Source: Christensenellaceae bacterium Phil7 (GTDB lineage Bacteria > Bacillota > Clostridia > Christensenellales > CAG-138). From it: DNA of 64,000 nucleotides. The stretch is taken from assembly GCA_001940845.1 (NCBI GenBank), contig MSGV01000020.1, forward strand, positions 90 to 64,089, in the 5' to 3' direction. The number at the start of each line of letters is the position of its first letter. Within the stretch, counting starts at the first letter, position 1. The translations under genes were made by a program, and so were the position numbers. The notes beneath the pieces are model-generated. The model worked only from the letters and a program-made list of their open reading frames with translations. It ran no database searches and was not told where the DNA came from. Shown here in pieces: positions 1-11,154 of this stretch.

Positions 1-72
1 GAATAGCTCATTTGGTAGAGCGCCGCCTTGCCAAGGCGGAGGTGGCGGGTTCGAGCCCCGTTTCCCGCTCCA
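1..72 (+). tRNA. tRNA-Gly (anticodon GCC), 5' end cut by the window edge (about 4 nt of acceptor stem missing)
   Basis: The cloverleaf is readable by eye. D arm GCTC/GAGC (6-21). Anticodon stem CCGCC/GGCGG with loop TTGCCAA (28-34, anticodon GCC at 30-32). T arm GCGGG-TTCGAGC-CCCGT. 3' acceptor TTCCCGC, then T, then encoded CCA (70-72). Confidence 0.85.
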
Positions 73-89
73 ATTTTTTCTAAGGTTAT

Positions 90-163
90 GGCACCATAGC
101 CAAGCGGTAAGGCAGCGGTCTGCAAAATCGCCATCTCCAGTTCGATTCTGGATGGTGCCTCCA
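90..163 (+). tRNA. tRNA-Cys (anticodon GCA)
   Basis: Acceptor GGCACCA/TGGTGCC. Anticodon stem GCGGT/ATCGC with loop CTGCAAA (anticodon GCA at 122-124). T loop TTCGATT. Encoded CCA at 161-163. Confidence 0.85.
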
Positions 164-170
164 CTATTGA

Positions 171-196
171 TCCGAACGCAATGCGTTCGGATTTTT
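171..196 (+). terminator. Rho-independent terminator after the tRNA pair
   Basis: Perfect 9-bp stem TCCGAACGC/GCGTTCGGA with a 3-nt loop, followed by TTTTT. Confidence 0.8.
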
Positions 197-222
197 CTAT
201 CCCTTGGAAATAATTTATAACA

Positions 223-261
223 AAAGCATTGCAGGCAAAATCCTCTCGCCCACAATGCTTT
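223..261 (-). terminator. Probable terminator downstream of the pyrG / DUF1858 unit
   Basis: 9-bp inverted repeat AAAGCATTG...CAATGCTTT. On the minus strand it is followed by TTTGTTAT. Confidence 0.5.
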
Positions 262-286
262 CATTCATTTTTTAATTAAAATTCGC

Positions 287-487
287 TTATTTTGTTGCGA
301 GATAAGCATTGATCTCATTCACGAGCGCATCGCAATCGATTCCATGAACGCCGCAAGCCTGCTCAAGATTCTCACCGCTTGCCATAACGCAGCCCAAGCA
401 ATGCATACCGCTGCCCATTAGGATCGCAGCAATATTGTTATCCACGTTGATAATCTCTTCAATCGTCATCTTTTTGTTGATTTCCAT
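287..487 (-). CDS. Small DUF1858-type protein (hybrid-cluster-protein-associated redox disulfide domain)
   Basis: 66 aa with motif GMHCLGC...GENLEQACGVHGID. AAGGAG Shine-Dalgarno (SD) sequence 7 nt upstream of the ATG. Confidence 0.8.
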   Translation of the reverse strand: MEINKKMTIEEIINVDNNIAAILMGSGMHCLGCVMASGENLEQACGVHGIDCDALVNEINAYLATK

Positions 488-555
488 GATTTTTCTCCTT
501 ATGAATTTATTGCATAGGTCATAGGAAAAGACTCCCTATAGCCCCCATGTCAGCA

Positions 556-2178
556 TTAGTTTTCCAAATTTCCGCTGCGATATTCCAATGCAGCAGCAGT
601 AAATCCCTTGAATATTGGGTGTGCATCATCCGGACGGGATTTGAATTCAGGATGGAATTGTACGCCCACAAAGAATGGATGATCCGGCAGCTCGATAATC
701 TCCACCAAGCCGCGCCTTGGATTCCAACCGGTGAAGTTCACACCAGCGGTGCGGAAATCTTCGATGAAATCATTATTGAACTCATACCTGTGCCTATGGC
801 GTTCATGTACCTCGCTTGTACCATACAGCTTCTCTGCAAGGCTGCCGGGCTCCAGATGGCAGGTATAGCTTCCAAGACGCAGAGTTCCACCAATCCGCTC
901 AAGGTTATTAACCTGATCCTCCATTAAGTTTATGACCGGGTGCTTAGTATTGAAATCCACCTCCGTGGAATGCGCATCCGCCCATCCGAGAATATGGCGT
1001 GCATATTCAATAACGGCAATCTGCATTCCTAGGCATATGCCAAAATACGGAAGTTTATGATCCCTCGCGTAGCGAGCCGCTATCATCATACCCTCAAGCC
1101 CTCTTTCGCCAAATCCTCCGGGAACAAGAATACCATCAACACCCTTGAAAATTTCATTGGGATCACCCTTCTCAACATCTTCTGCCGCAATCCAGCGAAT
1201 ATTCACCCGCGCATGATTGGCAATGCCGCTGTGGCGCAAGGCTTCCGCAACGGAAAGATACGCATCATGCAGCTCCACATATTTACCGACGAGTGCGATA
1301 CAGCATTCCCTATCCGGATCTATATCATCATTTACCATTGAACTCCATGCCGTCAAATCAGGCTCACGCTGCTCAAGATCGAGTGTATTCAATACAACTC
1401 GGCAGAGCCCGCGCTCCTCGAGCATCAATGGGACTTCATATAAAGATCTTGCGTTAAGATTTTCAATAACATTCTCCTCCGGCACATTGCAGAAGAGCCC
1501 AATCTTGGAACGAATCCCCTTATCAAGCGGATAATCGCTGCGGCAAACTATAACATCGGGCTGGATGCCAATGCTTTGCAGCTCTTTGACCGAATGCTGA
1601 GTTGGCTTTGTCTTGAGTTCGCCTGAAGCGGATAAGTACGGAACAAGGGTAACATGAATGAAGCAGCATTGGCGGGAACCAAGCTGAGTCCGTAGCTGCC
1701 TGATGGATTCCAAAAATGGCTGGGACTCAATATCGCCTACCGTACCGCCGATCTCAACTATCATTATATCAGGCTCAAGCTTCTGAATGGCTTTGCGTAT
1801 ACGCAGCTTTATCTCATCAGTTATATGTGGAATGACCTGTACTGTTCCGCCCTGATATCCACCGCGCCGCTCTCTATCAAGCACCGCAGAATAGATCTGT
1901 CCGGTGGTAGTATTATTGAGTTTTGTCAGATCTTCATTGATAAAACGCTCATAGTGACCTATATCAAGATCGGTCTCCGCACCATCATCGGTTACGAATA
2001 CCTCACCATGCTGATAGGGGTTCATAGTGCCCGGATCAACATTAAGATAAGGATCGAGTTTCATTATCGAAACACTATACCCTCTCTCCTTGAGAAGTCT
2101 GCCCAATGCGGCAGCGGTGATGCCCTTTCCCAGCGATGAAACAACGCCGCCCGTAACAAAAATCAGTTTCGTATCCAT
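556..2178 (-). CDS. pyrG: CTP synthase
   Basis: 540 aa. N-terminal [13 protein letters not shown], and a C-terminal glutamine amidotransferase domain with GICLGMQ and HRHRYE motifs. Confidence 0.97.
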   Translation of the reverse strand: MDTKLIFVTGGVVSSLGKGITAAALGRLLKERGYSVSIMKLDPYLNVDPGTMNPYQHGEVFVTDDGAETDLDIGHYERFINEDLTKLNNTTTGQIYSAVLDRERRGGYQGGTVQVIPHITDEIKLRIRKAIQKLEPDIMIVEIGGTVGDIESQPFLESIRQLRTQLGSRQCCFIHVTLVPYLSASGELKTKPTQHSVKELQSIGIQPDVIVCRSDYPLDKGIRSKIGLFCNVPEENVIENLNARSLYEVPLMLEERGLCRVVLNTLDLEQREPDLTAWSSMVNDDIDPDRECCIALVGKYVELHDAYLSVAEALRHSGIANHARVNIRWIAAEDVEKGDPNEIFKGVDGILVPGGFGERGLEGMMIAARYARDHKLPYFGICLGMQIAVIEYARHILGWADAHSTEVDFNTKHPVINLMEDQVNNLERIGGTLRLGSYTCHLEPGSLAEKLYGTSEVHERHRHRYEFNNDFIEDFRTAGVNFTGWNPRRGLVEIIELPDHPFFVGVQFHPEFKSRPDDAHPIFKGFTAAALEYRSGNLEN

Positions 2179-2775
2179 TTATCCAATTAATATTCCTTTC
2201 ATCAACCGTGCCGGTTCTAAATGATCCATGCCGTATCTTTGGGCTGCCATGCCCTGGCACAAATTTCGTCAATCATATTATAAACCATTCTCTACAGGTT
2301 TCAAGCCCCAAAAGACACATCATTCAGATATAATTTTTGTTCATTTCTAATCAACGCACCCTAAATAGTTTTACCTTCGACTTGAATCTTAATTGAACCG
2401 AAGTTCACTGCAGCAATCCTATCGGCATTTTTTAGCCTTACATAAGCTGCACCTATTTATTTCCATTCAAATTATCCAATAGCTTTATATCAGCATTCTA
2501 AAACATTATTTTTGATTTATTCAGAACTGCGTTGTTATGTTATAGTACAAGTAATGCATTAATATTTAAGGCTCTATAATTCTTTATTACATTTACACGT
2601 TGCATTTGTGAACAAATTGTTAATTTTTTCTAAAATCCATTGACATGGTAGTTTTTTCTGGTATTATGTTTATGGATAAAAAAGTTATGATTAAGCAAAA
2701 AGAGGAAAAAAGGAGAACCGAGGCTGTCCGTTTTGATCGGGCAGCCTGGTACTATATTCAACTCATGTTGAAACC

Positions 2776-2804
2776 TTGCTTAAATATTGAATTCACGGTA
2801 TAAT
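2776..2804 (+). promoter_or_regulatory. Sigma-70-type promoter for the downstream membrane protein
   Basis: TTGCTT (2776-2781), 17-nt spacer, TATAAT (2799-2804). Confidence 0.45.
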
Positions 2805-2835
2805 ACCTTCGTTTTTGAAAACGGAGGTATCTTGC

Positions 2836-3528
2836 ATGAAGAAGATCAAGCTTTACAGTGAAATTGCATACGTCGTCGCCTTAGTCCTAATGGCATTTTC
2901 AGTCGCGCTGACGGCCAGTGCCGATTTTGGTGTATCAATGATAGTCGCTCCTGCATATATACTCAGTCTAAAATTCTCGGCATTGACCTTCGGGCAGAGT
3001 GAATACATCATTCAGGCTTTACTTTTCATCACATTCTGCATTCTTATGAGGAGGGTTAAACTCATATATTTCATTTCGTTTCTTACCACACTAATCTATG
3101 GTGGCATCCTCGATCTTTGGCGCACATTGATTCCTGCGCTAAACCCAAATATAACCCCTCCCGGCAGCATGACATTATGGCTCAGACTTCTTTTCTTTGC
3201 CGTCGGTATGGTTATGACCGCATTCACCGTTGCGCTATTCTTCCGCACATACATCTATCCACAGGTTTATGATTTCTTTGTTATGGGTATCTCGAAGAAA
3301 TTCAATCTAAATATTGATAAATTCAAAATAATTTTTGATTTTTCATGCTTGGCATTGGCATGCATTGCAACGCTGTTGTTCTTTGGTCGATTCCGCGGCG
3401 TTGGCATTGGCACGATTGTAATGACATTACTCAACGGGCTGATAATAAGCTTTTTTGGCAAGCTGCTCGACAAATATGTTGAAATCGTTCCGTTCTTTCC
3501 TAAACTTGAAGCTATGCTTAAGCTATAG
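2836..3528 (+). CDS. Polytopic membrane protein (YczE/DUF6198-like; family assigned from memory only)
   Basis: The ORF track starts at a TTG (2815). An ATG at 2836 lies 7 nt after GGAGGT and begins MKKIKLY. About 6 hydrophobic segments. Confidence 0.8.
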   Translation: MKKIKLYSEIAYVVALVLMAFSVALTASADFGVSMIVAPAYILSLKFSALTFGQSEYIIQALLFITFCILMRRVKLIYFISFLTTLIYGGILDLWRTLIPALNPNITPPGSMTLWLRLLFFAVGMVMTAFTVALFFRTYIYPQVYDFFVMGISKKFNLNIDKFKIIFDFSCLALACIATLLFFGRFRGVGIGTIVMTLLNGLIISFFGKLLDKYVEIVPFFPKLEAMLKL

Positions 3529-3594
3529 CCTTTTTATTGAAAAATGCGCCTCCCACTGTACTGATGGGGGGGCGCATTTCTATTTGAGATACAG

Positions 3595-5106
3595 TTACTG
3601 ATTCTTCATAGGTACACTGCTCTTGAGAATGACATCATGCGAACCACCCTCAATAATGCTGGTTGAAGATACAACCGTAAGTTTGGCTTTCTTTTGCAGC
3701 TCCGAAATCGTAAGCACCCCGCAGTTACACATCGTAGAGCGTATTTTGCCAAGTGTTGCCGAAATATTATCCTTCAGGCTTCCTGCATATGGAACATATG
3801 CATCAACGCCCTCCTCAAAGCTGAGCTTTGAGGCACCGCCAAGATCATAACGCTGCCAATTCCTCGCGCGATTACTTCCCTCTCCCCAGTATTCCTTATA
3901 ATAATTGCCATTTATTCTTATTTTTTCGGTAGGGCTCTCGTCAAACCTTGAAAAATACCTTCCAAGCATTACGAAATCCGCACCCATTGCAAGTGCGAGG
4001 GTTATATGATAATCATGAACTATACCGCCATCAGAGCAGATCGGGACATATACTCCGGTTTCTTTAAAGTACTCATCCCTAGCTTTAGCCACCTCAAGCA
4101 TTGCGGTTGCCTGCCCTCTTCCTATACCCTTCTGTTCACGAGTAATACAGATGGAACCTCCGCCTATTCCAACCTTAATAAAATCTGCGCCGCACTCCGC
4201 TAGGAATCGAAATCCCTCAGCATCAACGACATTGCCCGCACCAACTTTGACGGAATCGCCATATGTTTTGCGGATGTACTCGATTGTCATCTTCTGCCAT
4301 TCGGAAAATCCTTCCGATGAATCAATGCAAAGCACGTCCACGCCTGCGTCAACCAATTTGGGGACTCGTTCAGCATAATCGCGAGTATTGATACCCGCAC
4401 CCACCAAATAGCGCTTATGGCTATCGATGGATTCCAGCGGATTAGCCTTATGGTTCGAATAATCCTTTCGGAATACAAAATATTTGAGCTTGCCCTCCCG
4501 ATCTACTATCGGCAGCGCATTGAGCTTATGTGCCCAAATGATATCGTTGGCCTCTTTCAGCGTGGTTTCCTCGTTTCCGGAGATCAGTTCTGATGCAGGA
4601 GTCATGAACTCCGTCACTTTAACTGAAAGCTCCATTCGGCTGATTCTGTAATCCTTATCCGTAACTATTCCCAGCAGCTTGCCCGTACCGGTACCATCAT
4701 CGGTAATGGCGACCGTCGAATGCTTTGTCCTTTCATATAGATCAAGCACATCCTGAAGGGTCGAATCCGGTCCCAAATTTGAATCGCTGACTACAAAGCC
4801 GGCCTTATAGGATTTCACATTCCGCACCATCTGTGCCTGAGCATCTGGAGTTTGGGATCCATATATAAATGATATTCCGCCTTCGCGAGCAAGCGCAATT
4901 GCCATAGTATCATTTGAAACCGCCTGCATGATAGCAGATACCATCGGGGTATTGATGCTGATGGCCGGCTCCTCTTCTCCACGCCTGTATTTTACGAGAG
5001 GAGTACGCAGATTGACATTTGTCGGTATGCAATCCTTACCTGAATAACCCGGCACAAGCAGATATTCGCCAAAGGTTCTTGAGGGTTCATCATAAATGTA
5101 AGCCAT
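3595..5106 (-). CDS. guaB: IMP dehydrogenase
   Basis: 503 aa. Catalytic loop [15 protein letters not shown]-pair insert and TIM-barrel motifs. Confidence 0.93.
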   Translation of the reverse strand: MAYIYDEPSRTFGEYLLVPGYSGKDCIPTNVNLRTPLVKYRRGEEEPAISINTPMVSAIMQAVSNDTMAIALAREGGISFIYGSQTPDAQAQMVRNVKSYKAGFVVSDSNLGPDSTLQDVLDLYERTKHSTVAITDDGTGTGKLLGIVTDKDYRISRMELSVKVTEFMTPASELISGNEETTLKEANDIIWAHKLNALPIVDREGKLKYFVFRKDYSNHKANPLESIDSHKRYLVGAGINTRDYAERVPKLVDAGVDVLCIDSSEGFSEWQKMTIEYIRKTYGDSVKVGAGNVVDAEGFRFLAECGADFIKVGIGGGSICITREQKGIGRGQATAMLEVAKARDEYFKETGVYVPICSDGGIVHDYHITLALAMGADFVMLGRYFSRFDESPTEKIRINGNYYKEYWGEGSNRARNWQRYDLGGASKLSFEEGVDAYVPYAGSLKDNISATLGKIRSTMCNCGVLTISELQKKAKLTVVSSTSIIEGGSHDVILKSSVPMKNQ

Positions 5107-5157
5107 ATTGATCTCCTTTTATTTAAGTAAATTTAGTGATCCGATTTAAGCTATTTG

Positions 5158-6006
5158 CTATCTGCTGAGGGCTTCTGTGCAATCCACCAGATTGGCCATC
5201 AGCATTGCCACAGTCATTGGTCCAACACCGCCAACAGTCTTAGTGATGTAGCTTGCCTTTTGGCTAACTGCATCAAAATCCACATCTCCTTTAAGGTGCC
5301 CATCAACACTGGTCTGCCCGACATCTATGATAACGGCATCATCCTTGACCATATCCGCTTTGATAAGCCCAGGGCTTCCCGCAGCAACGACTAAGATATC
5401 CGCATTTTTAGTAATCTCGGAAAGATTTGTGGTTTTTGTATGGCAAACAGAAACCGTTGCATTTCTATTCAAGAAGCAAACCGCAATGGGACGACCAACG
5501 AGAACGGATTTTCCGACCACAACGGTGTGCTTTGCCTGAATATCCACACCTATACTATCTATAATGCGAATAATCGCCCTAGGTGTGCAAGCCACTATAG
5601 CGGGCTCTCCATTGAGGAGCTTGCCGGCATTACAGAAATGAAGGCCATCAATATCCTTTTTGGGATCTATAGCATCCAACACCGTTTTATCATCCAATTG
5701 ACTGGGCATTGGAGTCTGAACGATTATTCCATGTACCAATGGATCCTGATTAAGCCTGTTTATGAGTTCAATCACCCTATCCTGCGCAACATCCTGCCGC
5801 AGGCAATATGTCACGCTCTCCATACCATGCTTCATCGCAGCGTTTTCCTTCAGGGTAACGCGGCGTTTGTCCAATTCATCCATTCCAATGCTGATTATTG
5901 CGATCCTAGGGATGATTCCCCTTGCGCTGAGCTGCTCTATTCTGCCGCTAAGCTCAGCATAGACTTCATTTGCCAATGCCCTGCCGTCAATAATATTTGC
6001 TGGCAT
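5158..6006 (-). CDS. folD: Bifunctional methylenetetrahydrofolate dehydrogenase / methenyl-THF cyclohydrolase
   Basis: 282 aa with the typical FolD motifs HGIIVQTP, DGLH, CTP, VVVGKSVLVGRP and GGVGPMT. Confidence 0.95.
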   Translation of the reverse strand: MPANIIDGRALANEVYAELSGRIEQLSARGIIPRIAIISIGMDELDKRRVTLKENAAMKHGMESVTYCLRQDVAQDRVIELINRLNQDPLVHGIIVQTPMPSQLDDKTVLDAIDPKKDIDGLHFCNAGKLLNGEPAIVACTPRAIIRIIDSIGVDIQAKHTVVVGKSVLVGRPIAVCFLNRNATVSVCHTKTTNLSEITKNADILVVAAGSPGLIKADMVKDDAVIIDVGQTSVDGHLKGDVDFDAVSQKASYITKTVGGVGPMTVAMLMANLVDCTEALSR

Positions 6007-6050
6007 AACTGCTCCTTTCCTCCTTTTGCTCCGTAGCTGTAAATTGATTG

Positions 6051-6079
6051 ATTATACACCGGCTTTTTAAATAAATCAA
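6051..6079 (-). promoter_or_regulatory. Candidate internal promoter for folD-guaB, overlapping the purL stop codon
   Basis: Minus strand reads TTGATT (6079-6074), 17-nt spacer, TATAAT (6056-6051). Confidence 0.4.
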
Positions 6080-9000
6080 CCCCTGAAATAGTCCACCGCC
6101 GCACGGAATATGCTGCTTTCGTCATTGCCCGGAATATTCTTATAAAGATTGTGTCCGGCACGCTCGCTGTGTGACATTTTACCGAAAACCCTTCCATCCG
6201 GGCTGGTTATCCCCTCTATAGCCAGTACAGAGCCATTGGGATTGACTTCCGTTTTCATGGAGGGTACACCATTTTCATCGCAATACTGAGCCGCAATCTG
6301 ACCGCCAGCAATCAACTTATCCAAAAGTTCTCCGCTGCATACGAATCTCCCCTCGCCATGTGAAACCGGTACGGTCGAAACCTCACCCACTTGCCTATAC
6401 ATCATCCAAGGGCTGAGATTTGACACTGCGCGTGTATGTACAAGCCTGGAGCGATGCAATCCTATCGTATTATAGGTCAGGGTCGGGCAAGCTTCGTCAG
6501 TTGTAATTATCTTTCCAAACGGAACCAGTCCGAGCTTTACAAGTGCTTGGAAGCCATTACAAATACCAAGGATCAATCCATCGCGCTTTTCAAGCAGATT
6601 CATGATCTCCTCCGCAGCCTTTACATTCCGCATAAATGAAGCGATAAGCTTAGCAGAGCCCTCCGGCTCATCTCCGCCAGAGAATCCACCCGGTATAAAC
6701 AGTATTTGAGAGCCTGCCAGCTTTCTTGCAAAAGCATCCACAGATTCCTCGATCCCTTTTGCCGTAAGGTTGTTTATGACCAGTATCTCTGCCTCAGCAC
6801 CCGCTATATTCATTGCACGAGCGGAATCAAATTCGCAGTTAGTACCGGGGAACACGGGTATTAGCACTCTCGGCTTCGTGCATCCGGCATTCGGCTTCAC
6901 AATAATATTCTTTCGTTCAAATTTCAGTGCCGGCACTTCAGAATCATCAAAGGTCTTATGATGATAAACGGGCTCAAGCTTTTCATCATAGAGCTTGAAT
7001 AATTCCGCAAGAGCAATGCTTTCATCGCCAAACGCAAGCTTTTCTTCTTCAATAGTGCGTCCAAGCCTCCTCGAACCATCGAACATTTCATCATTCGAAA
7101 GCTCCAGAATAAAGCTGCCGTAATTTCTGGTAAACAGTTCATCAAGGCTCAGCTTTTCATCGAATTCAAAGCCAATTCCATTTCCTATCGCCATCTTGAA
7201 CACGCCCTCTGCAGCTCCGCCCACACCAATGGTCCAAGCAGAAATGACCTTGCCGCTTTTTATTAGCGAATTCACCAGCTGCATATTTTTGCGAACTGAA
7301 GCTGCATCGGGAAGTCCAAATTCATTCTTCTCCGGTTCAAGTATCACAACCTCATGCTGTGCAGCCTTAAATTCAGGAGATATTATATTTCCCGCTTGAT
7401 CCTTTGCTATGGCAAAGGAAACCAGCGTCGGCGGAACATGAATATCCTCAAAGCTGCCGCTCATAGAGTCCTTTCCTCCGATTGCTGCAAGCTTCAACCC
7501 CATCTGAGCTTCCAGCGCGCCAAGCAAAGCGGCAAGTGGTTTTCCCCAACGACTCTTATCACTGCCGAGTTTCTCAAAATACTCCTGAAAGGTCAAATAA
7601 CAATGCTCAAGCCCTGCACCGCTTGCAGCCAACTTTGCAGCCGACGCGATGACAGCACAGTATGCACCCGCAAACGGATCTGCTTCCGATAGATATGGAT
7701 CAAAGCCATAGCTCATAACGGAACAGGAATCCGTTTCGCCGCCACGAACCGGGAATTTCGCCGCCATAGCCTGTGGAGGAGTGAGCATACGCTTTCCTCC
7801 AAATGGCATAAGCACTGTTGCTGCACCGATCGTTGAATCAAAGCGTTCACTCAAACCCTGGCGAGAACAAATATTGATATTTGAAACGATACTTTTCAGC
7901 TGTTCGGAAAACCCGGAGCCACTTACCGCTGCCGGAGCCTCTTTGCCTGAAACAACAAACGCATCGGCATACTTTTTTGCACCATTCGTATTCAAAAATT
8001 CTCTTGAAAGATCAACTATCCGTCTGCCATCATGCATCATTACCATGCGGCCTGAGTCCGTAACCCTTGCCACAATTGTAGCCTCCAGATTTTCTGCTTT
8101 AGCAAGCTCAAGGAATTTATCCACATCACATGCTTCAACAACCACTGCCATACGCTCCTGAGATTCACTAATGGCAAGCTCAGTACCATCAAGCCCCTCA
8201 TATTTTTTAGGCACAGCATTCAGATCGATCTCAAGACCATCTGCCAACTCTCCAATAGCAACCGAAACACCGCCCGCTCCAAAATCATTGCAGCATTTAA
8301 TCAGTCTGGTAGCATCTCCATTGGAGAACAGCCTTTGCAGCTTCCTTTCCTCCGGAGCATTGCCCTTTTGCACCTCTGCACCACAACTTGAAAGCGAACC
8401 AACATCATGCGATTTTGAAGAACCCGTTGCTCCGCCGCAGCCATCCCGACCCGTTCTTCCTCCCAGCAAGATCACTATATCGCCTGCGCTTAGTTTATCG
8501 CGACGCACATTCCTAGCGGGAGCCGCTCCGACTACAGCGCCAATCTCCATATGCTTTGCTATATAGCCCTCATGATATATCTCATCCACAAGACCGGTCG
8601 CAAGGCCTATCTGGTTTCCGTACGAGCTATAACCCGCCGCAGCCGTGGTAACAAGTTTACGCTGCGGAAGCTTGCCTTCTATGGTATTCTGTGCGCTGGC
8701 GAGCGGATCTCCGCAGCCGGTCACGCGCATCGCATTATATACATAGCTCCTGCCCGAAAGTGGATCTCGTATTGCTCCTCCGACACAGGTGGCCGCACCG
8801 CCAAAGGGCTCGATCTCGGTGGGATGATTATGCGTCTCATTTTTAAAGAGCAGCAGCCATGGCTCCTGCTTGCCATCCACATCAACATCCACTTTAACGG
8901 TGCAGGCATTGATTTCATCGGATTCATCCAGGCCTTTCAAATCACCGCTGCGCTTCAAAGCCTTTGCCGCAATACATGCAAGATCCATAAGGCAAATGCT

Positions 9001-9768
9001 CTTTTTATCACCAAGTTTATTGCGCAAAGCCAAGTATTTTTCAAATGCACGCTGAGTTTTCTCATCCTCAAACTCTGCATGCACTATCTCCGTATTAAAT
9101 GTGGTATGTCTGCAATGATCCGACCAATAAGTATCAATGACCCTCAACTCAGTAATTGTAGGCTCACGCCCCTCGCTTTTAAAATAATCACGCAGCATAA
9201 GCACATCGGCCTCATCCATCGCAAGACCATACTGCTTTATCAGAATCCTTGGCTCGGTCGAAGATAGAGGTACGCTTTCGACCGGCTTAACCTCAGGAAC
9301 CTCCATTCTCAATGTTTCAGGCAAATCAATGGAGGCTTCCCGCGAATCTACAGGATTTATTATGTACTTCTTTATTTTTTCAAACTGAACTTCTGTAAGA
9401 TCGCCATAGAGCAAATAAACAACCGCAGAACGAACGATAGGCCGCTCACATGCGGCCACTAAGCCTATACACTGTGCCGCAGAATCCGCCCTTTGATCGA
9501 ACTGACCCGGAAGATATTCGCTCGCAAAGACTATCGCATCGCTATGCTCAGGCAGTTCATAATATACATCATCTACCTGAGGCTCCGAGAATACCGTATT
9601 TGAACAAAGCTCGAAAAGCTCCCGATCTATTCCTTCGACATCATAGCGATTGATTATGCGCAGCGCACTAAGCTCCTTTATTCCTAAAAACGTCCTTATA
9701 TCTTCAGTCAGAGCAGATGCCGCCTCTGAATATGCTTTTTTCTTTTCACTATAGATCCTATAAACCAT
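6076..9768 (-). CDS. purL: Phosphoribosylformylglycinamidine (FGAM) synthase, single-chain large form
   Basis: About 1230 aa, with PurS-like, PurL and PurQ-like (GICNGFQ) regions in one chain. The ORF track starts at a TTG (9786). The ATG at 9768 follows an AGGGAG SD and is the more likely start. Confidence 0.95.
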   Translation of the reverse strand: MVYRIYSEKKKAYSEAASALTEDIRTFLGIKELSALRIINRYDVEGIDRELFELCSNTVFSEPQVDDVYYELPEHSDAIVFASEYLPGQFDQRADSAAQCIGLVAACERPIVRSAVVYLLYGDLTEVQFEKIKKYIINPVDSREASIDLPETLRMEVPEVKPVESVPLSSTEPRILIKQYGLAMDEADVLMLRDYFKSEGREPTITELRVIDTYWSDHCRHTTFNTEIVHAEFEDEKTQRAFEKYLALRNKLGDKKSICLMDLACIAAKALKRSGDLKGLDESDEINACTVKVDVDVDGKQEPWLLLFKNETHNHPTEIEPFGGAATCVGGAIRDPLSGRSYVYNAMRVTGCGDPLASAQNTIEGKLPQRKLVTTAAAGYSSYGNQIGLATGLVDEIYHEGYIAKHMEIGAVVGAAPARNVRRDKLSAGDIVILLGGRTGRDGCGGATGSSKSHDVGSLSSCGAEVQKGNAPEERKLQRLFSNGDATRLIKCCNDFGAGGVSVAIGELADGLEIDLNAVPKKYEGLDGTELAISESQERMAVVVEACDVDKFLELAKAENLEATIVARVTDSGRMVMMHDGRRIVDLSREFLNTNGAKKYADAFVVSGKEAPAAVSGSGFSEQLKSIVSNINICSRQGLSERFDSTIGAATVLMPFGGKRMLTPPQAMAAKFPVRGGETDSCSVMSYGFDPYLSEADPFAGAYCAVIASAAKLAASGAGLEHCYLTFQEYFEKLGSDKSRWGKPLAALLGALEAQMGLKLAAIGGKDSMSGSFEDIHVPPTLVSFAIAKDQAGNIISPEFKAAQHEVVILEPEKNEFGLPDAASVRKNMQLVNSLIKSGKVISAWTIGVGGAAEGVFKMAIGNGIGFEFDEKLSLDELFTRNYGSFILELSNDEMFDGSRRLGRTIEEEKLAFGDESIALAELFKLYDEKLEPVYHHKTFDDSEVPALKFERKNIIVKPNAGCTKPRVLIPVFPGTNCEFDSARAMNIAGAEAEILVINNLTAKGIEESVDAFARKLAGSQILFIPGGFSGGDEPEGSAKLIASFMRNVKAAEEIMNLLEKRDGLILGICNGFQALVKLGLVPFGKIITTDEACPTLTYNTIGLHRSRLVHTRAVSNLSPWMMYRQVGEVSTVPVSHGEGRFVCSGELLDKLIAGGQIAAQYCDENGVPSMKTEVNPNGSVLAIEGITSPDGRVFGKMSHSERAGHNLYKNIPGNDESSIFRAAVDYFRG

Positions 9769-9782
9769 TATTAACTCCCTAC

Positions 9783-11051
9783 TCAAGCATTTATCGATAA
9801 TGCTCTGCTGCCAATATCCTTCCGATAGTATTTTCCATCAAATTCAACATGCTCAGCCGCTTCATAGCATGCCGAAACAGCTTCCGCAAGCGTTTTGCGA
9901 ACGGCCGTTATTCCGAGAACACGTCCGCCATTTGTGACCAGCTCGGTTCCTTTCTTCTTTGTTCCTGCATGGAACACAAAAATATTTTCCGGGAAATCAT
10001 TTAAAGAAATTTGCTTGCCCTTCTCATATTTTTCTGGATAACCGCCCGATGCAAGCACAAGACAGCAGCAGGCATCCTTTGAAAACTCGATATCCATATC
10101 GGATAACCTCTCCTGCTCGACCGCAAGCATTATCTCCAGCAGATCACTTTTTAAAAGCGGCAATACAGCCTGCGTTTCCGGATCGCCGAATCGACAGTTG
10201 TATTCTATGACCTTCGGTCCCTCCTCCGTCAGCATCAATCCAAAATACAAACAGCCCTTGAATTTTCTATTCTCTTCATTCATAGCTGCTATAGTCGGTA
10301 AAATAATTTCCTCCATAGCTCGCAGCTGCTTAGACTCATCATAATATGGATTGGGAGCAACAGCACCCATTCCGCCGGTATTCAGCCCTACATCACCATC
10401 GCCCGCACGCTTATGATCCATTGATGCCGGCATTGGAACGATCGTCTTTCCATCTGTAAATGCAAGGACCGACACTTCGGGACCCGTCAGAAATTCCTCT
10501 ATTACTACGCATTCACCGCTCTTGCCAAATTTGGCTTCCAGCATCATATCTCGAACGGTCTGTTCAGCCTGCGCCAAGGTCTCCGCTATGATAACGCCCT
10601 TACCAAGTGCCAGACCATCTGCTTTAATAACAATTGGAAGCGTTTGAGTTTTTAAATATGCAAGTGCTGTATCACAATCGGTAAAGCTCTCGTACTTTGC
10701 CGTTGGAATGCCGTATTTTTTCATCAAGTCCTTTGAAAAAGCTTTGCTGCTTTCTATTACAGCAGCTTTCTTAGACGGACCAAAGCTGGGTATTCCTATA
10801 TCACGAAGCCTATCGGCAAGCCCCAGCGCAAGAGGATCATCCGGAATTACCGCTGCAAAATCGATCGGATGTGTCTTTGCAAATTCGACTATCCCATCCA
10901 GATCAGTGGCGGCGATATTCACACATTCTGCATCATCAGCAATGCCGCCATTGCCGGGCAATGCATAGATTTTTTCACATTTTGGACTTTTCTTCAGTGC
11001 GCGAATGATCGCATGTTCGCGACCGCCCGAGCCTATTACAAGTATATTCAT
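9783..11051 (-). CDS. purD: Phosphoribosylamine-glycine ligase
   Basis: MNILVIGSGGREHA start and an ATP-grasp fold. The first ATG (11063) abuts GGAGG with no spacing, so the ATG at 11051 is preferred. Confidence 0.93.
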   Translation of the reverse strand: MNILVIGSGGREHAIIRALKKSPKCEKIYALPGNGGIADDAECVNIAATDLDGIVEFAKTHPIDFAAVIPDDPLALGLADRLRDIGIPSFGPSKKAAVIESSKAFSKDLMKKYGIPTAKYESFTDCDTALAYLKTQTLPIVIKADGLALGKGVIIAETLAQAEQTVRDMMLEAKFGKSGECVVIEEFLTGPEVSVLAFTDGKTIVPMPASMDHKRAGDGDVGLNTGGMGAVAPNPYYDESKQLRAMEEIILPTIAAMNEENRKFKGCLYFGLMLTEEGPKVIEYNCRFGDPETQAVLPLLKSDLLEIMLAVEQERLSDMDIEFSKDACCCLVLASGGYPEKYEKGKQISLNDFPENIFVFHAGTKKKGTELVTNGGRVLGITAVRKTLAEAVSACYEAAEHVEFDGKYYRKDIGSRALSINA

Positions 11052-11154
11052 TTTTGCAGTCATCCTCCTGTTTTATTTACTGAGCATTATAGACCGGCAG
11101 GCGAATGGTCAAAACATCCACTCGCCTCCAATCCTTATCTACTCAATCGATAAA

